Shown here piece by piece: positions 57,501-64,000 of a stretch of 64,000 nt of DNA. A program made the position numbers and the translations under genes. The DNA is from Sedimenticolaceae bacterium (GTDB lineage Bacteria > Pseudomonadota > Gammaproteobacteria > Chromatiales > Chromatiaceae). The stretch covers positions 6,547 through 70,546 of the forward strand of contig JBATKF010000505.1 of NCBI GenBank assembly GCA_049669185.1, read 5' to 3'. The notes under the pieces were generated by a model. That model searched no databases. It was not told the DNA's origin and saw nothing but the letters and a program-made list of their open reading frames with translations. The stretch's first letter is position 1. Each line of letters starts with the position of its first letter.

Positions 57501-58197
57501 GTTGTGCGGTGCCGAGACACTGCTGCGGTGGCAGCATCCGCAGCAGGGCCTGGTCATGCCCGGGGAGTTCATCCCCCTGGCCGAAGAGGCGGGACTGGTT
57601 CTGGCCATCGGCGACTGGACGCTGCGCGAAGCGCTCTGCCAGTTCAGGGTATGGCACGGCCATATGCCGGGGGCCTCTATCGGACGTGTGGCGGTCAATG
57701 TCAGCGCGCTGCAGTTCCGGCAGGACGATTTCGTCAACAAGGTGGAGCAGGCGCTGGGCGATACTGGTGCGGACCCGGCCTGGCTGACGCTGGAGATGAC
57801 CGAAAGCATCTTACTGGAGGATTTCGAGGCGACGGTCTCCAAGATCCAGCAGCTCAGGCGCCTTGGGGTGCGCTTTTCTATCGACGATTTTGGTACCGGC
57901 TATTCGTCGCTCGCCTATCTCAAGCGGTTACCGGTGGACGAGATCAAGATCGATCGATCTTTCGTGCGCGATATCATGGTCGATGCCAATGACGCGGCAC
58001 TGGTGGATACCATCATGACAATGGCCAGACATATCGATCTCGATGTCGTTGCCGAAGGCGTCGAGACAGAGCCGGCATTCTCCTTTCTCCGCGAGCGTGG
58101 CTGCCCGACCTTCCAGGGCTATTTCTTCGGCCATCCCTGCACGGCTGAGGAATTCACTGCGCGATTCCTCGACACCGGCCAGGCGTCTGTGATTTAA
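54544..58197 (+). CDS. Membrane sensor with periplasmic ABC-substrate-binding-like domain, TM, multiple PAS, GGDEF and EAL
   Basis: 1217 aa. GGDEF is intact (RLGGDEF) with an RxxD I-site (REED) 5 residues upstream. The EAL motif reads ETL and [10 protein letters not shown] is present. Confidence 0.9.
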   Translation: MPLARLFHQLPAVVAVMLAIVLLCPAVVTAAGAAHVLMLHSYSQEYQWTKGQHKGFVEALEADSRYQLVFDSEYLDTKRRAYEPVYAEAFAKHLRFKYADYVPTAIYTSDDNALRFALQHLSEIFPGVPVFFSGVNDYGVLERIAGRPVSGVFEKKEIAPNLALLAEMGVSSREILVVGDGSPTYRAIEREIRSELLTKTEISARFVADQKLDRIVAGIAEYPDLGLFLTTLGGIKDPSGQTLPLRETVTRIAGSRHRVIVSMEDAYMFDGVLGGYVTSGEKQGATAAGLLRQYLATGAIPAPILDSPNLYLFDARELTHHGLKLPESRFPDAVILNQPLSLYQRYRTWILGALTALTVLFTLSLIGFLLILSRKNRQIQLRSAEFEEQAEIALRAKASLNEAENLARQGSWDWHVADDLLFWSEGLRHLCGETAPGSRQTLGALLQQLPEDDRDDLTAIIDEVRESGKQQALVHRLRTDDGLRTVREIIRPIRDSAGITQRLIGTIQDVTEQYLAESQLRESEEKYRRLFELSEDPMWLLIDQEFVMANQAASRVLGYESTSELAGVHPSRLSPQRQPDGLASREKANEMMLRAYSNGYHRFEWLHQKKDGSVFPVEVSLTKVPYRGGDALFCIWRDITGIKKTQTALEEKTTYLDGILASSERVAIIATDAEGKIRYFNPSAEKLFGIAAAQLLGEELARIHQVQQSDQDFILVGLKEARKHGEYRFTMKLERDDGLHFVDSRISPIYKGSSEFAGYMLMCEDITEQRRASELIEYHATYDPLTNLPNRRLFMDQLHQALARAKRHGHQSALLFLDLDNFKTINDSLGHPVGDTLLREVAIRIKTALREEDTVARLGGDEFVVLLSELSDGREEAVSDVQAVAEGMRQTLSTPYHINAHELHITPSIGIAVFPSGKDTADDVLRQADTAMYQAKDSGRNAVRFFLPSMQLAAEKRLRMIGELRKALPRSELIPYFQPQFNARQQLCGAETLLRWQHPQQGLVMPGEFIPLAEEAGLVLAIGDWTLREALCQFRVWHGHMPGASIGRVAVNVSALQFRQDDFVNKVEQALGDTGADPAWLTLEMTESILLEDFEATVSKIQQLRRLGVRFSIDDFGTGYSSLAYLKRLPVDEIKIDRSFVRDIMVDANDAALVDTIMTMARHIDLDVVAEGVETEPAFSFLRERGCPTFQGYFFGHPCTAEEFTARFLDTGQASVI

Positions 58198-58247
58198 CCT
58201 GAAAATTTCACCGGCCGATCGACGCAACCCGGCCTGACGCCTGTCCC

Positions 58248-61133
58248 TCAGTTTACGGCATAGAGATTGCGGTCGTCTGCGCGGAGATACTGCAGCGCCT
58301 TTTCGGAATCCAATGGTCGGGCATAGTGATACCCTTGCGCCTGCCTGCATCCCTCGCGGCGCAGAAACTCATGCTGCGCCAGATTCTCGACTCCCTCCGC
58401 CACCACCTGTAACTTCAACCGGTCGGCCAGCGAAAGGATCGCCTTTACGATCGCTGCGTCGTCCGGGTCGGTCACTATGTCACGCACGAACGAACGATCC
58501 ACCTTTAGCGTCTGAATCGGAAACTTTTTAAGATAACTCAGGGAAGAATAGCCGGTACCGAAATCGTCGATGGATATGCCGACACCCAGGCTGCGCAGGG
58601 CCTGCATCACCTTCAGTGAACGCGTCGCATCATCCATCAGCAGGCTTTCCGTCAACTCGAAATCCAGTGCCTCAGCCGCCAGATCCAGCATCTGCAGAAT
58701 GGCGCGCACGTCGTCAACCAGGCTATCGTTTTGCAGCTGTCGCGCCGAGAGATTGACCGACAGTCGAAGCTCCGGGTGGCCTGCATCCTGCCAGGCCTTC
58801 AACTGCGCGCAGGCGGTCTCGAGCACCCAGTTGCCAATCGGCACGATCGTGCCATTTTCCTCCGCCAGCGGAATGAATTCACTCGGCGGTATCTCTCCGA
58901 GCTGCGGGTGAGTCCAACGCAGCAGGGCCTCGAAGCCCAGCACACGCCGGCTGTCGATTTCCAGCATCGGCTGATACTGCAGACGGAGCTGACCGAGATC
59001 CAGCGCTGATCGCAGACCCACCTCGATGGCGAGGCGCCGAGTATTCGCCTGATGCATCTCGGTGGTGAAGAATTTGTATCGCCCGCGTCCAGTCTGCTTG
59101 GCGAGATACATCGCCGTGTCGGCGTTCTTCGTCAAGGTCACGAAGTCCTCACCGTCATCCGGGTAGATGGCGATCCCGATGCTGGCCCCGATGTACGCCT
59201 GATGCTCGCCGATACTAAAGGCTGCTTGCAAGACCTCGATCAGCTTATCGGCGACATGACCCGCATGCACCAAGCCCTTGAGCGACGGAAGAATCACGGT
59301 GAACTCATCGCCGCCAAGGCGCGCCAGGGTGTCGCTCTGGCGCAGCGTTTGCTTAAGACGTTGTGCAACCTCAATCAAGAGTTTGTCGCCGATATCGTGA
59401 CCTAGGGAATCATTGACGTACTTGAAGCGATCCAGATCGATGAACATGATGGCAGCGAATTCTTTGCGTCGCTTCGCCTGATCAATGTGGTGCTCCAGCC
59501 TATCTCGAAACAATGTGCGATTCGGCAGACCTGTCAAAGGGTCGTAGTAGGCCATGCGCTCGAGCTTCTGCTCAATCGCCTTTTGCTGTGTGAAGTCCTT
59601 GAAGATCCCTACATAGTTAGAGACCCGACCAGCGTCGTCCCGCATGACATTGATGGTCAACCACTGCAGAAAAAGCTCACCACTGCGGCGTCGATCCCAA
59701 AGCTCACCCGACCAGCGACCCGTCTGCTCGATGTCCTGCCACATCGCGCGGTAGAACTCCGCGTCGTGTCGGCCGGACTTTGCGATTGCCGGCGTGGCGC
59801 CTATCACATCCTCACGATCAAAGCCGGTGATCTCCAGATATGCCGGGTTGACATCAACGATGCGGCACTCTGAATCGGTTACCAGGATGGCCTCGCCGGC
59901 GCTCTCGAATACCTGTTCGGCCAGCCTCAGGCGCTGCACGACGGCCTGTTCCTCGCGGATGTCACGGGCCACCCCGAGATAGCCGCTAATCGCACCGTCG
60001 GCGTCAAACAGAGCCGTTACCGACAGGCTGACCGTCAGGCGGCCGCCATCCTTTCGGATGTAGGTCCACTCGTTTTCATCAGCCACACCGTCGGCCGCCT
60101 TGGCGACGAAAACCTCGAAGCCCGGGAGTGTCTCGCGCCCGATCTCCTTGCTCAGCTGCCCCGCCCGCTCGATCACCTCGTGTTCATCGTGGATCAGCGC
60201 AGGCGTGGCGACACCGACGACCTCTTCCGCTCGATAACCGAGCATACGCTCTGAGCCAGCACTGAATGACTGGATCAGACCGGACGCATCGGTCGAAATA
60301 ATGGAGGAGTTTGCACTATCGATAATCGCCTGCTTGAGCTGCTCGCTACGCCGCAGCGCCGCCTCGTCGACAATGACTTTGTCCAACAGGCCGTCCAGCG
60401 ACCTGCCCAACCGGGCCAGTTCGTCATCGCCCCTCAGATCGGTACGCTGCGAGCGAACCCCCCGTCCGAAGCCCTCCAGCACCTGCACGATACGCGCGAC
60501 GCGGGCAGTGATCAGACGGTGCACGATGAGCATCATCAACAGGGCACTGAATGCAAAGCCTACACCGATGATCCGTGCCTGGCCGTATAGTGATTCCAGC
60601 GACCGGGCATAGTGGTGCTGCAGATCGATCTGATGAAACAACAGGCCACAGCGCGGTGCACGGAGCCCAACCGATGCATGCGGATCGCAGACGCTCACGT
60701 AACCGGTCAACCAGTGTTTGTCCGATGAGACCACCACCTCGCTTGTCTTGTCGCGTGTGACCCGTTCGACAATCGTGGGATCCGCACCGTAGCCCAGCGC
60801 CGTCAGCGGGTGTCCCTCCTCGTGATAATTCGTCGAGGACAGCACCGTGCCATCACGGTCGGTCGTCAGGAGGACATGTAGGTCCAGATCGGAGCCGAAG
60901 GCCGAGATGACCTTCTTGACACCCTCGGCGTCACGCAGCAGCAAGAAGCGCTCTACCGTACCCTGGGTTGCATTGAGCCGCACACGCATCTCCTGCAGCA
61001 GACTCTTTTCCATGTCTTGCAGCACAAGATGGCGGCTGGTCAGATAGGCCACCACGGTAACCGCCAGGAAAAACGCGGCTACCAGGCCAGGGAGGATGAC
61101 GCGCAGCGAGCGTCGACTCAAGACCGCGTTCAT
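58248..61133 (-). CDS. Membrane sensor with periplasmic domain, PAS domains, GGDEF and EAL
   Basis: The start was moved to [10 protein letters not shown] (ATG 61133-61131, sharing 1 nt with the TGA of the upstream binding-protein gene). RLGGDEF with an RQSD I-site, EAL and [10 protein letters not shown] are present. Confidence 0.88.
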   Translation of the reverse strand: MNAVLSRRSLRVILPGLVAAFFLAVTVVAYLTSRHLVLQDMEKSLLQEMRVRLNATQGTVERFLLLRDAEGVKKVISAFGSDLDLHVLLTTDRDGTVLSSTNYHEEGHPLTALGYGADPTIVERVTRDKTSEVVVSSDKHWLTGYVSVCDPHASVGLRAPRCGLLFHQIDLQHHYARSLESLYGQARIIGVGFAFSALLMMLIVHRLITARVARIVQVLEGFGRGVRSQRTDLRGDDELARLGRSLDGLLDKVIVDEAALRRSEQLKQAIIDSANSSIISTDASGLIQSFSAGSERMLGYRAEEVVGVATPALIHDEHEVIERAGQLSKEIGRETLPGFEVFVAKAADGVADENEWTYIRKDGGRLTVSLSVTALFDADGAISGYLGVARDIREEQAVVQRLRLAEQVFESAGEAILVTDSECRIVDVNPAYLEITGFDREDVIGATPAIAKSGRHDAEFYRAMWQDIEQTGRWSGELWDRRRSGELFLQWLTINVMRDDAGRVSNYVGIFKDFTQQKAIEQKLERMAYYDPLTGLPNRTLFRDRLEHHIDQAKRRKEFAAIMFIDLDRFKYVNDSLGHDIGDKLLIEVAQRLKQTLRQSDTLARLGGDEFTVILPSLKGLVHAGHVADKLIEVLQAAFSIGEHQAYIGASIGIAIYPDDGEDFVTLTKNADTAMYLAKQTGRGRYKFFTTEMHQANTRRLAIEVGLRSALDLGQLRLQYQPMLEIDSRRVLGFEALLRWTHPQLGEIPPSEFIPLAEENGTIVPIGNWVLETACAQLKAWQDAGHPELRLSVNLSARQLQNDSLVDDVRAILQMLDLAAEALDFELTESLLMDDATRSLKVMQALRSLGVGISIDDFGTGYSSLSYLKKFPIQTLKVDRSFVRDIVTDPDDAAIVKAILSLADRLKLQVVAEGVENLAQHEFLRREGCRQAQGYHYARPLDSEKALQYLRADDRNLYAVN

Positions 61134-62080
61134 CAACGCGGAATCAGACCGCCGTAGAGCAGTCCGTCGGTCGCGGTGGCGCTCGTCAGCAGGCGTTTGC
61201 TGACCAGCGTTTGTTGCAGGCGCCAAAGCGTCTCTTGCAAGGGGCCATTGAGCAGGGCCAGATTCTGTGCCGGGTCTGGCAGCTCGAGCCCGGCATAACT
61301 GGCCACCACCTGCTCGGGTGTGATCTTCAATCGCCGCGCGGTAAACCGCGCGGCGCCCAGCGGGTCATCGTGCAGATAATCCAGCGCACGGAACCATCCG
61401 GCGAGCAACTCGCGCAACCTTGGCCCCTCAGCGCGCAGCGTCTCCGCGTGCACGACCAGGACATCGACGACCTCGCCCGGGATCTCACGACTGCTGAATA
61501 TCTCATGCGCCCCCGCGTGCAACAGTCGGCTCCGCACCGGCTCGAAGGTCACCACCGCATCTACTTTCTCGTCCCTGAACGCACCTTCATGGGCATTGAC
61601 GGCGAGGGGCACGACCTCGAGCTCGTCCAGCGTCATGTCGTGCAGCTCCAGGGCCCTGGTCAGGATATAGGCGCCCAAGGCGTTGCTTTCCACCCCGATG
61701 CGCCGACCCGCCAGGTCGGAAAAGTGCGCAATACCCGCCTTTGCCAAGATCACATCACCGCCCGATGAGATGTCCAATACAGCGATCACTTTCAGCGGGA
61801 TGTTCGCCTCGCGCAACGTCAGCACCTCATCCAGGGTGAGCGCCGCCCCTTCGAGGGCGCGGTTGCGGAACGCCCGTATCACCTCGGTCGCCGATGGATA
61901 CTCGACCATGCGGATATCGAGTTTCGACTTCCAGTTTTCACGCTCGGCGGCCAGGTAGAGCGGCTCATAGCCCGGCCACACATTGGTGCCGATGCGCAGG
62001 GGCTGTGCGGCCTGTCCTATCGCCGGCAAAAGCAGTGCCGCGACGGCCAGCAGCAATCCGCAGATGGAGGCTTTTCGCAT
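61133..62080 (-). CDS. Periplasmic substrate-binding protein (NMT1/SsuA-like, NitT/TauT-type)
   Basis: The start was moved to [24 protein letters not shown] (signal peptide). …[17 protein letters not shown]… is typical of NMT1-like binding proteins. No permease or ATPase gene is adjacent. Confidence 0.82.
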   Translation of the reverse strand: MRKASICGLLLAVAALLLPAIGQAAQPLRIGTNVWPGYEPLYLAAERENWKSKLDIRMVEYPSATEVIRAFRNRALEGAALTLDEVLTLREANIPLKVIAVLDISSGGDVILAKAGIAHFSDLAGRRIGVESNALGAYILTRALELHDMTLDELEVVPLAVNAHEGAFRDEKVDAVVTFEPVRSRLLHAGAHEIFSSREIPGEVVDVLVVHAETLRAEGPRLRELLAGWFRALDYLHDDPLGAARFTARRLKITPEQVVASYAGLELPDPAQNLALLNGPLQETLWRLQQTLVSKRLLTSATATDGLLYGGLIPR

Positions 62081-62522
62081 ATTCGGATGACGTCCCGCAG
62101 CGCAGTGATCGTTCGCCGAGCGGTCGCCGCGCACTCACTGACCGCCAAAGGCGCAGCAATTGGTCCGTGGATTTGTGCAGCGACCGAATCGGCTGAATAC
62201 TCCAGAATTTAGCGACCTCCGGCGCGGCGGCTTGAGCGGACCTCGAGCGAACGTCAGCGGGTTTCCGGAAAGGGTCATCACATCATGCGGCCGACAACGG
62301 AGTCTTTCGGCGCCCCGGCGGGTCAAAGTCTCGAAGGGGAGCCTGTCCCTGCCCCTAGGCTGGAAATCTCACCGCCAGGAGCGCGATAGGCCAGCGGCGA
62401 AAACAGGCTGGTATTGCTCAAAATCGCTTCATGCCAGCCTTTACGATTGCAAGTCCAAGCGCTCATCAACCAGCGGTTGGCCGGCCGGCGAGATTTTCAG
62501 GCTACCGAATGGAGAAAGCAAG

Positions 62523-63470
62523 ATGTCTGATGATGGTGAATCCGGCGACCCGAGGCTGAGCCGCCGGCATTTTCTGACGCTGCTGTTGGCGGCCGGTGCC
62601 GGCAAGGCCCTGGGATTGGCGCCGCCTCCCGGGGCCGCGGACAGCCTGCACAGCCGGCCCGTCCCGAGTTCGGGCGCGAAAATCCCGGTCATCGGCATGG
62701 GCTCTTACATCACCTTCAACGTCGGTCAGGACCCGGCGCTGCTGGCAGACCGCGTCGTGGTACTGCGGGCCTTTTTCGCCGCCGGTGGCGGTATGATCGA
62801 CTCTTCGCCGATGTACGGTTCGTCAGAGGCGGCGATCGGCCACTGCCTGCAACAGCTCGCCTACCCCGCGACGCTGTTCTCTGCCACCAAGGTGTGGACC
62901 TGGTTCAGTGCCGAGGGGAATCGGCAGATGCAGGCGTCACGGGAGCTGTGGGGACTGCCGCGTTTCGATCTCATGCAGGTGCACAATCTGGTCAGCTGGG
63001 AAGACCACCTGCAGACCCTGCGTGACGCGCGCGACGCAGGTCTGCTGCGCTATATCGGCGTCACCACCTCGCACGGTCGCCGGCATGATGAGCTCGCGAC
63101 GGTGATGACCAGGCAGCCGCTGGACTTTGTGCAGTTCACCTACAACATCCTCGACCGCGAGGCCGAACAGCGCCTGCTGCCGCTGGCCGCGGACCGCGGC
63201 ATCGCCGTCATCGTCAACCGGCCGTTTCGTCGCGGCGACTTGATCGACCGCCTCGCGCGCCATCCACTGCCCGCCTGGGCCCCGGAGATCGGCTGCGACA
63301 CCTGGGCGCAGTTTCTGTTGAAGTTCATCGTCTCCCATCCGGCGGTGACATGCGCCATCCCCGCCACCTCTCGGGTGGATCATATGCAGGAGAACATGGC
63401 GGTGCTGCGCGGCACGCTGCCCGATGCGGCCACCCGGCAGCGTATGATCGACTATGTCGACGCACTCTGA
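62523..63470 (+). CDS. Aldo/keto reductase with twin-arginine signal
   Basis: ATG 62523 is preceded by GGAG. The Tat motif is SRRHFLTLLLAAGAG and the AKR core includes ...IDSSPMYGSSE... and ...VIVNRPF... The in-frame 121 codons upstream in the ORF track are rejected. Confidence 0.85.
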   Translation: MSDDGESGDPRLSRRHFLTLLLAAGAGKALGLAPPPGAADSLHSRPVPSSGAKIPVIGMGSYITFNVGQDPALLADRVVVLRAFFAAGGGMIDSSPMYGSSEAAIGHCLQQLAYPATLFSATKVWTWFSAEGNRQMQASRELWGLPRFDLMQVHNLVSWEDHLQTLRDARDAGLLRYIGVTTSHGRRHDELATVMTRQPLDFVQFTYNILDREAEQRLLPLAADRGIAVIVNRPFRRGDLIDRLARHPLPAWAPEIGCDTWAQFLLKFIVSHPAVTCAIPATSRVDHMQENMAVLRGTLPDAATRQRMIDYVDAL

Positions 63471-63472
63471 CG

Positions 63473-64000
63473 ATGCTTCCCTACAGCGCCGAGGCCCTGC
63501 TCGCTCTCTATTCGCGCTATCTGCATGAACTCTGGCCGATTACCGCGTTGCTTCCGCTGCTGACCCTGTCCGCCATCCCGACGGCGGCACTCGGCCCGCG
63601 CTATGGCGGGCGCATCGCCGGTGTTCTGCTGGCATCGGGCTGGCTGTGGGTGGGATTGGTGTTCCAGTTCGAATACTTCGCGCGCATCAATTTTGCCGCA
63701 CCGCCGTACGCCGGCCTGTTCGTCTTGCAAGGGGTGCTGTTGATCTGGCAGGGCACGATAAGACAACGGCTCGGTCTGCGCCTGCGAACCGATCTGGCGG
63801 GTTGGCTCGGCATACTGATCGGGCTTTTCGCCCTCGTGATCTATCCGCTGCTGGATTATCTCGCCGGCCAACCCGCCAGCGGCCTGCGGCTGGTCGGTCT
63901 GGCCCCCGGCCCTACGGCGCTCTTTACCCTGGCGTTGCTGCTGCACAGCGCCGGACATATCCCGCTGCATCTGCTGGCGATCCCCGTCGTCTGGTCGTTA
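63473..64000 (+). CDS. Membrane protein, 5' part only (possibly DUF6064-like); runs off the window end
   Basis: Not in the ORF track. ATG 63473 lies 3 nt after the AKR stop, followed by 176 open codons: MLPYSAEALLALYSRYLHELWPITALLPLL... with several TM segments. The family assignment is from memory and weak. Confidence 0.6.
   Translation, partial: MLPYSAEALLALYSRYLHELWPITALLPLLTLSAIPTAALGPRYGGRIAGVLLASGWLWVGLVFQFEYFARINFAAPPYAGLFVLQGVLLIWQGTIRQRLGLRLRTDLAGWLGILIGLFALVIYPLLDYLAGQPASGLRLVGLAPGPTALFTLALLLHSAGHIPLHLLAIPVVWSL

Noticed and set aside
62376-62412. SAH-riboswitch-like string (CCAGGAGCGCGATAGGCCAGCGGCGAAAAC) in the aldo/keto reductase 5' region
   Set aside because: Only the AGGAGCGC core resembles the SAH element. 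The downstream gene is not SAH- or methionine-related, and I could not build the pseudoknot pairing by eye.
62160-62522. N-terminal extensions of ORF-track calls (also 20660-20776, 45076-45807, 50207-50527, 53625-53981, 16273-16785, 33672-33815, 28619-28705)
   Set aside because: The extensions are Arg/Pro/Gly-rich, overlap neighbouring genes, or push signal peptides, Tat motifs or conserved N-termini far from the N-terminus. Internal starts with RBS-like sequences fit the family N-termini.

Overview
High-GC chromosomal segment. The gene content looks like a sulfur-oxidising gammaproteobacterium, which is an inference from content, not a database hit. I support about 60 protein-coding genes, two of them partial at the window edges and absent from the ORF track (fdxA 3' end at 1-239; a membrane protein 5' end at 63473-64000). 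I saw no rRNA, tRNA, CRISPR array, transposase or phage gene. Main modules, in order: (1) housekeeping genes (PP2C phosphatase, dsbC, yajQ, xerD, yqcC, ycgN, yegQ); (2) a SoeABC-like cytoplasm-facing Mo-enzyme operon; (3) a small cluster of exported proteins of unknown function; (4) a five-gene tungsten-type aldehyde:ferredoxin oxidoreductase operon (FeS, AOR, FAD subunit, MoaD-like, small unknown); (5) a sucrose cluster (sps-spp-fructokinase-amylosucrase); (6) uup, a Crp/Fnr regulator, ispG, and sqr plus DUF302; (7) an RCK K+ channel; (8) a symporter-domain histidine kinase with an NtrC-like regulator next to a DUF4212/SSS transporter, a DUF294 nucleotidyltransferase and a DnaQ-like exonuclease; (9) ppx; (10) a methyltransferase-rich operon around hemH; (11) two convergent large GGDEF-EAL sensors, one with a separate binding protein. 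The most interesting observations: the NtrC-like regulator lacks the GAFTGA sigma-54 contact loop; a shared GTTAC-N5-GTAAC palindrome sits upstream of two linked operons; an orphan ~50-nt copy of the 5' coding end of a GGDEF-EAL gene directly follows the regulator stop codon; a 14-bp perfect palindrome abuts a start codon; an orphan intrinsic terminator sits upstream of a GDPD gene; a 19-bp perfect inverted repeat brackets 127 bp in the largest intergenic region. All homology calls come from motif recognition by eye. Many start codons were moved inward from the ORF track and remain inferences.
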